From positions 75,413 to 139,412 of the forward strand of contig CALMGJ010000010.1 in assembly GCA_937863565.1 (NCBI GenBank): a stretch of DNA of 64,000 nucleotides. Direction: 5' to 3'. Of this stretch, positions 1 to 9,920 are shown in pieces; positions within the stretch are counted from its first letter, which is position 1, and every line of letters begins with the position of its first letter. Source of the DNA: an uncultured bacterium (GTDB lineage Bacteria; AUK180). A program made the position numbers and the translations under genes. The notes beneath the pieces are model-generated. The model did not search any database. It worked only from the letters and a program-made list of their open reading frames with translations, and was not told where the DNA came from.

Positions 1-1184
1 TAAAATATGTCAAAGGCATTATCGCCAAGGCGGTTTCCAGAATGGTCTCGGATATTCATATAGAGGTTTTCGAGAAGCAATTACGGGTAAGATACCGGCT
101 TGACGGCATGCTCGTTCAAGAAGGCGATCCGCTTCCGGCTAAATACAAGGACAGCATCTCTGCGGTCATCAAATCAATGGCCGGGCTCAGGATAGACGAA
201 AAAAGAGTACCTCAGGACGGAAGAATAAAAATGCGCTTCGGTACCAAAGAGGTCGACTTCAGAGTTTCGACACTGCCGTGCATACACGGCGAAAAAGTCG
301 TTATGAGAATCCTCGACAAGAGCAACCTCATGCTCGACATGACGAAGCTCGGTTTCGAGGAGGCCCAGCTCAAGGAATTCATGAAGGCCATCGAAAGCCC
401 TTGGGGGATGCTCCTTATCACAGGCCCTACAGGTTCCGGTAAAACCACCACCCTTTATTCGGCCCTTTCGAATCTTAATAAGACCACAGTGAACATAATG
501 ACGGCGGAAGACCCTGTCGAATACAACCTCAAAGGCATAAACCAGGTACAGATCGACAATGCGGTCGGCATGACATTCGATGCGGCCCTGAAAGCATTCC
601 TCAGGCAGGACCCGGACGTAATAATGGTCGGCGAGATAAGGGATTTCCCCGTTGCCGAAATAGCCGTTAAAGCTGCATTGACAGGTCACCTCGTTCTTTC
701 TACCCTGCATACGAACGATGCTCCATCTTCGATCACAAGGCTCGTCGACATCGGCATCGAACCCTTCCTTGTGGCCTCATCGACTATCCTCGTCATGGCT
801 CAAAGACTCGTGAGAAAAGTGTGCGCGAAATGCGCCGAAGAGACTAAGGTACCGATGGCGGAACTCCAGCGTCTTCATTTCACACAGGAGGAGATCCAGT
901 CCGGGAATTTCAAAAAGGGAAAGGGTTGCCCCGTATGCAACAATACGGGATATAAGGGCCGTCTCGCCGTTTACGAGATCATGCCGGTCAATGAGGAAAT
1001 AAGAGAGATGATAACATCTTCAGCCACTGCCGTGGATCTGAAGAAAAAAGCGATAGAGAACGGTATGTACACGCTTCATAAGAGCGCCCGTTTAAAATTT
1101 TTAAAAGGGATGACGACATTGGAAGAAGTTCTAAGAGTGACCGGCACAGGGGAGGATGAGATTTCCGATTTCTATGAAGGATGA
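1..1184 (+). CDS. pilB: Type IV pilus assembly / T2SS ATPase PilB/GspE (5'-partial)
   Basis: Frame is open from position 3 (KYVKGIIAKAVSRMVSDIH). Motifs: SDIHIE, PQDGR, Walker A GPTGSGKTTT, EDPVEY, LRQDPDVIMVGEIRD, GHLVLSTLHTN, tetra-Cys CAKC..CPVC. Confidence 0.93.
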   Translation, partial: KYVKGIIAKAVSRMVSDIHIEVFEKQLRVRYRLDGMLVQEGDPLPAKYKDSISAVIKSMAGLRIDEKRVPQDGRIKMRFGTKEVDFRVSTLPCIHGEKVVMRILDKSNLMLDMTKLGFEEAQLKEFMKAIESPWGMLLITGPTGSGKTTTLYSALSNLNKTTVNIMTAEDPVEYNLKGINQVQIDNAVGMTFDAALKAFLRQDPDVIMVGEIRDFPVAEIAVKAALTGHLVLSTLHTNDAPSSITRLVDIGIEPFLVASSTILVMAQRLVRKVCAKCAEETKVPMAELQRLHFTQEEIQSGNFKKGKGCPVCNNTGYKGRLAVYEIMPVNEEIREMITSSATAVDLKKKAIENGMYTLHKSARLKFLKGMTTLEEVLRVTGTGEDEISDFYEG

Positions 1185-2379
1185 AGAGACAACAAAGCAG
1201 CTTGAATCGCATCTGAACCTCTCCTGGGTATACTTCAAGCAGGACATGCTCGAAGATTCCGCGAATGAGCTCTATGAAGCCCTGAAGATCGATTCCAAGA
1301 ACAAGAAAGCCCTGAAGCTTCTGGCCGATATCTTTATGAAACAGGGGGATATCGAAAAGGCCGAGACCACTCTTATGCAGATAATCGCCCTTTCACCGGA
1401 CGATGCCGCCATACTAAAGGAAATAGGCAATCTGCTTTTTAAAAAAGGGGACCTCAAGGAAAGCATCAATTACTATGCAAAATGCCTCAAACTCGGATAT
1501 TCCGATGTCGAACTCTATCTCAATGTGGGGAATATCTTCAAGTCGCTGGGCAATTACCAGAAGGCTTTCAGTTTCTTCATGCAGGCCATGAAACTGGAAC
1601 CCGAGAACGAGAATATCATGAAGCTTACCGCCGAACTTTACATCAATCTTGAACAATACGAGAATGCGGCCGAGATCTATGAGCGCATGCTGAAGAAGGA
1701 ACCGGGCAACCTCGATTATCATAAACTCCTCGGCTCGCTTTACATGCTTCTTCAGAAATGGCCGGCAGCTATTGAGATATACAAGAGAGCCGCCTCAGTC
1801 GCACCGGATGACCTCGGGATCCTCAACAATATCGCCATATGCTATTCCAAGCAGGAAAAAACCAAAACGGCCATCAAGATATTCAAGCATATACTCGAGA
1901 AGGACCCTAACGATTACCAGGTATTATCCAACCTGGGGTCCGTTCATTCTAAAACCGGAAGCTTCATCGATGCTCTGGAGTATTACCTTAAGGCGCAGGA
2001 ACTCCGGCCCAATGATCTCAGGATAACTATGGCCATCGGCGTCATATACGACAATCTCGGGAAATACGAAGAAGCCGTTGCGATCTTTAAAAAGATACTT
2101 TCCGCGGAAAAAGATAATATCCTGGCGATGTATTACCTTGCAAATCTCTATTTATACGAAGACATGGTGGATCCCGCCATAGAATTATACGAGCATTTGA
2201 TCGAACTGGCGCCAGATAATCTCGACGCGCAAACGAATCTTGCTCTGAGCTTTCTTAAGAAGAAGGAATACGAGAAAGCACTTGAAATATACAATAGGAT
2301 CCTCGAAAAATATCCCGACAATCAGGTCGCATCGGAACATAAGAGTTTCATTTTAAATGTCTTGAAAAGTGAAGTTTGA
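1156..2379 (+). CDS. Tetratricopeptide repeat protein
   Basis: Recurrent 34-aa TPR pattern (..LG..Y...G.Y..A...Y.KAL.L.P); alternative start at ATG 1174. Confidence 0.9.
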   Translation: MRFPISMKDEETTKQLESHLNLSWVYFKQDMLEDSANELYEALKIDSKNKKALKLLADIFMKQGDIEKAETTLMQIIALSPDDAAILKEIGNLLFKKGDLKESINYYAKCLKLGYSDVELYLNVGNIFKSLGNYQKAFSFFMQAMKLEPENENIMKLTAELYINLEQYENAAEIYERMLKKEPGNLDYHKLLGSLYMLLQKWPAAIEIYKRAASVAPDDLGILNNIAICYSKQEKTKTAIKIFKHILEKDPNDYQVLSNLGSVHSKTGSFIDALEYYLKAQELRPNDLRITMAIGVIYDNLGKYEEAVAIFKKILSAEKDNILAMYYLANLYLYEDMVDPAIELYEHLIELAPDNLDAQTNLALSFLKKKEYEKALEIYNRILEKYPDNQVASEHKSFILNVLKSEV

Positions 2380-3538
2380 TAAGATAAGGGTGATCTCCCA
2401 TGATAATTACGAAATATCCGGACTGTGTGAAAAACTTGAAATCCTGTTCTCCTCAACGGGGCTTTTTGAAGAACTCGGATCGAAAAAAGTCCGGAAGATC
2501 CTACTTAAACCCAATATTCTCGGGATATATCCTCCGGAGACCGCAACGATAACACACCCGAACCTCGTAGCCGCCGCGGCAAAGGTATTGAAAGCAAAGG
2601 GATACTCGGTGGGTGTCGGCGACAGTTCGGGAATGCTGATCAAGAACGAGTCCATATTGAGCTCCTGCGGGTATGATGCCATCTTTAAAGAAGGCTCGGC
2701 ATCATACGAAAATTTCGACATGGAACCCTTTGACAGAATCCGGGTCAATGAAAAGGAAGTGTACATTACCGGGGTTCTCGGAAGATATGATTACTGCATT
2801 TCAATGCCCAAATTTAAAACACATCACATCACCACGATAACGTGTTGCATAAAGAATTTCTACGGCATAGTACCGGGCGTAAAAAAGACGCATTATCACA
2901 GGGAATTCCATAAATTCCGCGATTTTTGTCTTTTCATGACCGGTCTCTACAGTGTTGTCCGAGCGGATTATTATCTTGTTGACAGCATATTGGCTATGGA
3001 GGGCGACGGTCCCGCCGGAGGCAGCCCGCGGAAACTCGATATGCTGGCCGTCGGCCGCGATGGTGCTAAAATTGATGCATATCTTCTGAAATTGATGGGT
3101 GTCGAGGCGGACAAACTCGAATATTATTCAAACTTAAGGAGTTTGGGTCTTTATTCAGGCATCGGACCGGAAGATATAGAAGCAGAACCGGATTTGGAAG
3201 AACGTTTCGGAAATTTTCAATTACCCTCATCAACAGCCCTTGCGGCACTAACCTCGACCTTGCCCCAATTCGTTTTTAATTTCCTCAGGATCCGGCCCAG
3301 AATTGACGGTGCCAGATGTGTCAGATGCAGGGAGTGCGAGAGAAAATGCCCTGTTGGAGCGATAGTGTACGGGGTAAAAAGGATGAAAATCCTGGATCAC
3401 AAATGCATTGCCTGCGGCTGCTGCAAAGAAGTCTGTTCTGCCGAAGCGATACATATGAGACCGAATCTGATCATGAGGGTCTTCGGATTTTTAAGAGGCA
3501 TTTATGAAAGAGCGAGATATAAAAAAAGACAATCCTAA
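2369..3538 (+). CDS. DUF362 domain protein with C-terminal 2x[4Fe-4S] ferredoxin domain
   Basis: LLKPN, THP..V, VGDS, PKFKTH, IKNFYG, AMEGDGP; CVRCRECERKCP and CIACGCCKEVC. Confidence 0.88.
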   Translation: MKFDKIRVISHDNYEISGLCEKLEILFSSTGLFEELGSKKVRKILLKPNILGIYPPETATITHPNLVAAAAKVLKAKGYSVGVGDSSGMLIKNESILSSCGYDAIFKEGSASYENFDMEPFDRIRVNEKEVYITGVLGRYDYCISMPKFKTHHITTITCCIKNFYGIVPGVKKTHYHREFHKFRDFCLFMTGLYSVVRADYYLVDSILAMEGDGPAGGSPRKLDMLAVGRDGAKIDAYLLKLMGVEADKLEYYSNLRSLGLYSGIGPEDIEAEPDLEERFGNFQLPSSTALAALTSTLPQFVFNFLRIRPRIDGARCVRCRECERKCPVGAIVYGVKRMKILDHKCIACGCCKEVCSAEAIHMRPNLIMRVFGFLRGIYERARYKKRQS

Positions 3539-3908
3539 TTGCATGGGATGCGGAAAGGAGAACCCGTGCGGATTGAAGCTTGAATTCTCCTACGGCAACG
3601 GCTTTGCCGTAACGGAAAGCGTCCTCGGGCGCATGTATGAAGGCTATGAGAATATCGTTCACGGCGGGATCATTTCGCTCGTCCTGGACGAAGTATCGGC
3701 CAAGGCCGTGATAGAGTATGAGGGCGTTGCCGTCACAGCGCGCATCCAGGTGTCCTTCATCAAACCTCTGATGTGCGGCGTTCCGTTCACCGCCCAGGCG
3801 AGGATAGAGAGTGTAGAAGGAAGGAAGATCTTCGTAAAAGGCGAACTCAAAGAGGCGGGTGTTCTGATAGCCCGCAGCGAGTCCGTTTTCATAAAGGTGG
3901 GTGAATGA
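3504..3908 (+). CDS. PaaI-family (hotdog fold) thioesterase
   Basis: CMGCGKENPCGL and GYENIVHGGIISLVLDE motifs. Confidence 0.88.
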   Translation: MKERDIKKDNPNCMGCGKENPCGLKLEFSYGNGFAVTESVLGRMYEGYENIVHGGIISLVLDEVSAKAVIEYEGVAVTARIQVSFIKPLMCGVPFTAQARIESVEGRKIFVKGELKEAGVLIARSESVFIKVGE

Positions 3909-4854
3909 TATGAGTTTAACGGAGCTTGGGATCAGGGAAGAGATCGAAAGGATCAGGCTCAATGTCGAAAAGGTGATAAAAGGCAAGCAGAGCGCGATCG
4001 AAATGGTCATTATATGCCTTCTCACGGACGGGCACGTGCTCATTGAGGATGTACCCGGTGTGGGAAAAACGATGCTGGCAAGAAGCTTGGCACAATCGGT
4101 GGCAGGGGATTTTAAAAGGATCCAGTTCACGAACGATCTTCTGCCGACTGATATTCTGGGGAATTATATCTTCATGAAGTCAACGGAGCAGTTCGTATTC
4201 CATCCGGGACCGATCTTCACGAACATCCTTCTTGCCGATGAGATAAACAGGGGTACGCCCAAAGTGCAGAGCGCTCTTCTGGAAGGTATGGAAGAGAGAA
4301 CTGTATCCCTGGACAGGAACACGCATTCCCTCCCCGATCCCTTTTTTGTGATCGCAACGGAGAATCCGATAGAACAGACAGGGACTTTCTCGCTGCCCGA
4401 AGCCGAACTCGACCGTTTCATGGTCAAGATCAGGATCGGCTATCCTTCCCGTGAAAGTGAAATGAGCATGCTGCAGGCCGTGCAGGTCAAACATCCCATT
4501 AACGATCTCGGGCCGGTTACTGATAAAATGAAGATCACAGCTATGAGGGATGCGATCAAAAAGGTCGGCATCTCAAATGAGATCAGAGGATATATTATCG
4601 ATCTTCTCGCCGCGACCAGGGGCGATGCCGATGTGATCTTGGGTGGCAGCCCTCGCGCGGCAATAGCGCTTCAGCGTTTGACCCAGGGTCTTGCCGCTTT
4701 TGCCGGGCGTGATTTTGTGATCCCCGACGATGTGAAAAAGGGCTTCAATCCTGTTCTGCGCCACAGGATCAAGATCTCGCCGCAGGCAAGGCTCAATAAA
4801 ATGACAACGGATGACATCCTGGAGAGAATAATCAAGAATGTCCGCGTCCCCTAA
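3901..4854 (+). CDS. MoxR-family AAA+ ATPase
   Basis: GHVLIEDVPGVGKT, RIQFTNDLLPTD, LADEINR, QSALLEGMEE, ELDRF, GGSPRA. Confidence 0.95.
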   Translation: MNDMSLTELGIREEIERIRLNVEKVIKGKQSAIEMVIICLLTDGHVLIEDVPGVGKTMLARSLAQSVAGDFKRIQFTNDLLPTDILGNYIFMKSTEQFVFHPGPIFTNILLADEINRGTPKVQSALLEGMEERTVSLDRNTHSLPDPFFVIATENPIEQTGTFSLPEAELDRFMVKIRIGYPSRESEMSMLQAVQVKHPINDLGPVTDKMKITAMRDAIKKVGISNEIRGYIIDLLAATRGDADVILGGSPRAAIALQRLTQGLAAFAGRDFVIPDDVKKGFNPVLRHRIKISPQARLNKMTTDDILERIIKNVRVP

Positions 4855-6007
4855 AAAGGATTCTCCTGTTCTATCCTATGTCCTCCTTATAATCACGGTC
4901 TTCTCCTCGGCTGTTAATACAGGCTTGAACGTGCTGTACTTTGTGGCCATTTTCATGACCGTCTTTTTGATCTTCGCCTATGCGAACGGAAAGGGGAATA
5001 TCAAAGGGATCGAAATAGAAAGGCATCTCGGCCGAGAATGCCGCGAGAAGGAGAAGATATTCGTTGATTACAGGATAAAGAACAAAAGACGGGCCTATTA
5101 CCTTCAGATAGAGGATGAGAAGTTCTCGTTCCTCGAGAGCGAAGATTATGCTTATGCCGGCTTCCTCGAAGCGGGTCCCGAAACAAAAGAGGTGAGGTCT
5201 TTCTATAAATTCTCGATCCCCGGCATATTCTTTCTGAAAACGTTAAAACTCCGCTCCGCTTTTCCCGCGGGTATCATTGAGTTCGAGAGGACCGTAAACA
5301 CGGAAAACGAGATCGTCGTTCTCCCGGAGACTTTCGATTTTTCCAAAGTGCCGGAGGACCTGTTCATGAACCTATCCGAGAACGAGTACTTCAAAGTCAA
5401 GATCGGTACGGGCGAGAATATTTGGGGAGTAAGGCAGTATGAATATGGAGACAGGATGAGGGATATAGACTGGAAACTCTCCGCCCGTCGCGACGATCTT
5501 ATGGTGAAGATCCGGGAACAGCCGCTCGGAAAAAGGATCTGGCTTATGCCCGTTCTGAAGGATAATGAAAGAACCGACGGCAATGCCGATGTGATAAGGA
5601 TGTGCTCTTCTCTTGCAAAGAACCGGCTCAATCAGGGCTGCTTAGTGGGCCTTCTTATGGGAGGGAGGGTCGTTTTCCCTCACGGCGGCGGCGAGCAGTT
5701 CCTTGTTCTCAGCAAGGAACTATGTTATATCTGGAATGAGAACGCTTCAATACCTGCGGCAGGCAGGATGCTTTCCGCATTATCGCCCGGGGATGTGGCG
5801 GTTCTTGTGACCAACGGTGATCCTGTGGGGCTTTCGCCCATTCTTAAGGATATGCGCAATTCATTCATCAATCCAGTGACGATACATATAGGCGATGATG
5901 TGCGGAAGATGAAGGAATATGCGGACCATTTCATCAATATCGACGAGCGCTTCTATTTCGCCCAAAAGGGAAGGATGGGGGACGTATTTGAGAATACCTT
6001 TTCTTAA
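4838..6007 (+). CDS. DUF58 domain protein
   Basis: GVRQYEYGDRMRDIDWKLSAR motif, N-terminal TM segments, directly follows MoxR. Confidence 0.88.
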   Translation: MSASPKKDSPVLSYVLLIITVFSSAVNTGLNVLYFVAIFMTVFLIFAYANGKGNIKGIEIERHLGRECREKEKIFVDYRIKNKRRAYYLQIEDEKFSFLESEDYAYAGFLEAGPETKEVRSFYKFSIPGIFFLKTLKLRSAFPAGIIEFERTVNTENEIVVLPETFDFSKVPEDLFMNLSENEYFKVKIGTGENIWGVRQYEYGDRMRDIDWKLSARRDDLMVKIREQPLGKRIWLMPVLKDNERTDGNADVIRMCSSLAKNRLNQGCLVGLLMGGRVVFPHGGGEQFLVLSKELCYIWNENASIPAAGRMLSALSPGDVAVLVTNGDPVGLSPILKDMRNSFINPVTIHIGDDVRKMKEYADHFINIDERFYFAQKGRMGDVFENTFS

Positions 6008-8057
6008 GGATAAAAGAGCTGCAGTCTATTCGCTTTTGTTCCTGCTTTTCCTGCTTTCTTCGGTCACTCTCTATCTTTATCTCGGCGGCAGTTTCTTCCG
6101 GTTCATCGCTCAAAGCGTGCTTGTCATTCTTGGTTTCAGGATTTCGTACAGGGCCGCGGGCAGGAAAGAGAGTAAACTCATTGAAAATCTTCTGGGGCTT
6201 GTGTATATAGCGGCTTTCTTCGGGCAGACGATCCTGATCTGGGAAGGATTCTACATACTCAAGGATATCTTCGCGATAGCCTTCACATGGGGTTTCGTAT
6301 GCATTTCCTTTCACGCTGTTTCAAGAAGACTCGTTCTGAACTTCTATCTGATCACGTTCATCCTCATGATATACAATGCTTCGATAGCGTATAATCTGTA
6401 TTTTCTTTTCATCCTTTTCGTTTATGCTTTTCTTTCAATTACCCTGTTCATGCTGCTCATTGTGCCTTTTGACAGGGAGTTCGCTCCTTCGGACCGCTTC
6501 GAACTGAAAAATGCCGAGATAGGCCGGATGTCGCTGCGCGCGACCGTGATCGGTTTCGCGATCACTTTGGTACTTTATATGTTCTTCCCCTTTTTCTGGA
6601 ACCTGAACTTCTTCAATCTGCCGGTGACGAAGAACCGGAACTATTTCGGTGCTCCGGATATTTCCGAGAAGTTGGTGAGCATAAGCGGATTCTCGCTGGA
6701 TTTCACTCTCAGCTCGGGGAAAGTATGGAATAATCCGCGTAAGGTAATGGAAGTAAAGACATCTCTCCCATCGTACGTTCATTATTTCAAGGGCGCCGTA
6801 TATGACACTTTCGAGGGTATGAGCTGGACGAACAAGAACACGATCCGGTATGAAGTAAGGAACCTTTCATGGCAATTCCTGCCGGAATTCAAGAAATCCC
6901 CATTCATCCATTATGAAACGGATACGCAACAGATCACGTATCTTGTCGGCATTCCCAATGTTCTTTTCTACGAAAATTATCCCAAGGTCATCCGGTTCCC
7001 GGCACGTAGCATGAGAATGGATATGAACGGCAATATCTATATCCCGCAGATACAGGAGATCCCCTTTAAATACGCCGTTGTGACTGAATTGCCGTTTGAA
7101 GTGGAGGAAAGTGCCGTTTTCTCCCCGGTTCAGGGTTTCAGGACCCATCTCAAAGTGGAAAGAGCGTCGGACAGGACCAGGGACCTGGTTCGCCGCATCG
7201 CTTCCGGCGCGGAATGCGAATACAGAAAGGCCCTTGCCATTGAGAAGTATCTTAAGGAGAATTACGAATATTCCCTTGAATTTTCTTACTCGCCTTTGAA
7301 GGAAGATATTGTGGATTATTTCCTGTTCGAATACAAAAAGGGATACTGCGAGCAATTCGCTACAGTTCTTGCCGTAATGCTTCGCCTGGCAGGTATCCCG
7401 AGCAGGGCAGTAACGGGCTTTGCGGGAGGATCTTACGATGCTTCGCGCAATGTGCTTATCCTCAGCGGCAATAATGCCCATGCGTGGGCGGAGGCTTATT
7501 TCGAAGGCGTCGGCTGGATCACGATGGATGCGACACCGGTATCGGGGATGACCGTTCCCGAATCGCGGAGAGGTTTCCTCTCCTTCCTCTCCAGGATATT
7601 CGGAACGGACCCTCAGTTACTTGTGCCCGTTAAGGTCAGGGGAGCGGTAAAGAAGGCCTTTACGGCCGTGTTCCGTTTTATCGCGGGGAATCCCTTTTTA
7701 ATGCTTCTTATCTCTGCGGCGGTGCTTCTTATCGCGCTGAGCGGACATATCATCGCTTTTCTTTCAAAGATCGCCCGGCGGAACCGGCTGGAGAATAAAA
7801 GAATCCTGATCGACGAACTGGAAAAAGCCGCTAGAAGATATCTGAAACTGAAAAGGGGGCCGGCGGATACGGAAACGGAATATTCCGGCAGGATCGTTGA
7901 ACGCGCTCCGTTCCTCTCCCGAAGCCTTACTGAATGGATAGCGGATTATCTTCGGTTCCGGTATGGGGATCCCGCCGGAAAACGCTTAACGAACGGGCTC
8001 TCGGCAGGATTGCGGGACATCAAAAAAAGATTGAAAAATTTTGAAAAAAACATATAA
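5988..8057 (+). CDS. Membrane-bound transglutaminase-like protein (TgpA type)
   Basis: Multi-TM N-terminus; Cys-His-Asp triad GYCEQFA / HAWAE / DATP; C-terminal TM. Start placed at TTG 5988 (ORF open from 5919). Confidence 0.88.
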   Translation: MRIPFLKDKRAAVYSLLFLLFLLSSVTLYLYLGGSFFRFIAQSVLVILGFRISYRAAGRKESKLIENLLGLVYIAAFFGQTILIWEGFYILKDIFAIAFTWGFVCISFHAVSRRLVLNFYLITFILMIYNASIAYNLYFLFILFVYAFLSITLFMLLIVPFDREFAPSDRFELKNAEIGRMSLRATVIGFAITLVLYMFFPFFWNLNFFNLPVTKNRNYFGAPDISEKLVSISGFSLDFTLSSGKVWNNPRKVMEVKTSLPSYVHYFKGAVYDTFEGMSWTNKNTIRYEVRNLSWQFLPEFKKSPFIHYETDTQQITYLVGIPNVLFYENYPKVIRFPARSMRMDMNGNIYIPQIQEIPFKYAVVTELPFEVEESAVFSPVQGFRTHLKVERASDRTRDLVRRIASGAECEYRKALAIEKYLKENYEYSLEFSYSPLKEDIVDYFLFEYKKGYCEQFATVLAVMLRLAGIPSRAVTGFAGGSYDASRNVLILSGNNAHAWAEAYFEGVGWITMDATPVSGMTVPESRRGFLSFLSRIFGTDPQLLVPVKVRGAVKKAFTAVFRFIAGNPFLMLLISAAVLLIALSGHIIAFLSKIARRNRLENKRILIDELEKAARRYLKLKRGPADTETEYSGRIVERAPFLSRSLTEWIADYLRFRYGDPAGKRLTNGLSAGLRDIKKRLKNFEKNI

Positions 8058-8058
8058 T
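8031..8058 (+). promoter_or_regulatory. Sigma70-type promoter for the 6S-like RNA / rny
   Basis: TTGAAA (8031-8036), N16, TATAAT (8053-8058); predicted start ~8064-8065 coincides with the 5' end of the RNA stem. Confidence 0.7.
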
Positions 8059-8063
8059 ATAAC

Positions 8064-8185
8064 GGTCGTGATGGCGTACTAAAGGGAACCGACAATTTTT
8101 TTTGGGAGCTATCCCTGGGGAGGCAGTACCTCTCTAAACAGCGCCCCCTTGAAAAAAGGGGTTTTTCTTTTACGCGGTCACGGCT
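8064..8185 (+). ncRNA. ssrS: 6S RNA (compact, ~122 nt)
   Basis: 5' GGTCGTGATGGCGTA..AAAGGGAACC pairs with 3' GGTTTTTCTTTTACGCGGTCACGGCT; unpaired bubble GACAATTTTTTTT; GGGAGCT/AGCGCCC inner stem; hairpin CCCCTT-GAAA-AAGGGG on the 3' side of the bubble; located upstream of rny. Confidence 0.75.
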
Positions 8186-8248
8186 AAAAAAGAAATTGAG
8201 TTATTTCACATATAGGTGTTAAATGGAACTTTTGGAAGATCACATATC

Positions 8249-8273
8249 GCCCCGAGCTTCAAAAGGGGCTTTT
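8249..8273 (+). terminator. Weak hairpin / possible terminator between the 6S-like RNA and rny
   Basis: GCCCC-N11-GGGGC followed by TTTT. Confidence 0.3.
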
Positions 8274-8295
8274 AATAATTATCGGAGGAAAAATC

Positions 8296-9906
8296 ATGAA
8301 CATTATCTACATAATTGGATATACTCTATCCGGTTTACTTGTAGGTGCCTTAGGCGGCTTTGCCGTCGGTCAGAGACTGGGTAAAAAGAAAGGCAAACTG
8401 AAAAAAGAACATGAGATGCTTGAAGAGGCGAAGAGGAATGCCGACTCGGAGATCAACCGTTCGAAGAACATCAGGGAGCAGACCGAAAAGGAGATCAAGA
8501 TCCTGAAGGAAAAGGCTGAGATCGAGATCAAGGAGAAAAGGGTCGAAGAGAGGGAGAAGATAGAAAAAGAGGCGCAGATTAAAAAGAACGAACTCAATTC
8601 CCTGGAGAAAAGGATCATTCAGAAGGAAGAGAATATCAACAGGCAGAGCAATATCATCGAAAAAAGGATCTTCGAGGTAAAGGACAAAGAAAAACGGCTG
8701 AAATTATACGATGAGACGCTTAAAGAGAGGGCAAAGGAGATCAAAGAGGCCGAAGCCGCAGAGATCTCGTATCTCGAGAAGATCGCCTCGCTTTCCGCAG
8801 AGGATGCTAAAAAACAGCTTCTTGAGATCATGGAGAGGGAAGCGCAGCTCGATTTTACCGGCAAGCTGAAAAAATTCGAGGAAGAGTTCCTTAAAAACGC
8901 TAATCAGAAAGCCCTGGACATCATCTCCACGGCGATCGAAAAAAGCGCTGTGGAATATGTGAACGAGGGTACCGTATCCGCCATCGAACTGCCCAATGAC
9001 GAGATGAAGGGCAGGCTGATAGGCCGCGAAGGCAGGAATATAAGGACCTTCGAAACAGTGACCGGCGTCGATCTTATCATTGACGATACTCCGGATTTCG
9101 TGACCGTGTCCTCTTTCGACCCGGTAAGAAGGGAAGTCGGGAAAAGAGTGCTCGAGAAGCTTATTGCCGACGGAAGGATACACCCGAAGAGAATAGAGGA
9201 GATACATGCCAAGATAGAGAAAGAAGTGAACGAGGATATCATAAAAACGGGTGAGGAAACCGTGTTCGAATTCGGATTTTCTAATATCAATCCCGAAATA
9301 GTCAAACTCATAGGTAAGCTGAAATTCAGGACCTCTTACGGCCAGAATGCGCTTCAACATTCAAAGGAGGTGGCATATATTGCCGCCCATATAGCTCAGG
9401 AACTCGGAATAGACGTGAACTTCGCGAAAAGAGGAGGCCTTCTCCACGATATCGGTAAAGCCATTGACCGCGAACAGGAAGGAAATCATCAGCATCTGGG
9501 AGCGGATATAGCGAAGAAATACAATGAGAATCCGATCATTGTGAATGCCATACTCGCGCATCATGGAGATGTGCCCTACGAATCGCTCGAAGCGTCCCTG
9601 GTCCAGATCGCCGATGCTATCTCCGCATCCCGGCCCGGCGCAAGAAGGGAGACCTACCAGTTCTACATAAAAAGAGTGCGGATGCTCGAAGCCATTGCGA
9701 ATGCTTTCACCGGAGTCGAGAAATCTTTCGCCATTCAAGCCGGAAGGGAACTGAGGATAATAGTGGATTATCAGGATATCAGCGATGACGAAGCAAGGGT
9801 GCTTGCCAGGAACATCACCAAAAAGATAGAACAGGAAGCCAAGTTCCCCGGAACGATAAAGATCATCGTCATAAGGGAAACAAGATTCGTCGAAACGGCA
9901 AAATAA
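8296..9906 (+). CDS. rny: Ribonuclease Y
   Basis: N-terminal TM, coiled coil, KH domain (KGRLIGREGRNIR), HD domain (GLLHDIGKA), ADAISASRPGAR; SD GGAGG. Confidence 0.97.
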   Translation: MNIIYIIGYTLSGLLVGALGGFAVGQRLGKKKGKLKKEHEMLEEAKRNADSEINRSKNIREQTEKEIKILKEKAEIEIKEKRVEEREKIEKEAQIKKNELNSLEKRIIQKEENINRQSNIIEKRIFEVKDKEKRLKLYDETLKERAKEIKEAEAAEISYLEKIASLSAEDAKKQLLEIMEREAQLDFTGKLKKFEEEFLKNANQKALDIISTAIEKSAVEYVNEGTVSAIELPNDEMKGRLIGREGRNIRTFETVTGVDLIIDDTPDFVTVSSFDPVRREVGKRVLEKLIADGRIHPKRIEEIHAKIEKEVNEDIIKTGEETVFEFGFSNINPEIVKLIGKLKFRTSYGQNALQHSKEVAYIAAHIAQELGIDVNFAKRGGLLHDIGKAIDREQEGNHQHLGADIAKKYNENPIIVNAILAHHGDVPYESLEASLVQIADAISASRPGARRETYQFYIKRVRMLEAIANAFTGVEKSFAIQAGRELRIIVDYQDISDDEARVLARNITKKIEQEAKFPGTIKIIVIRETRFVETAK

Positions 9907-9920
9907 AAAGGGGCTGAATT

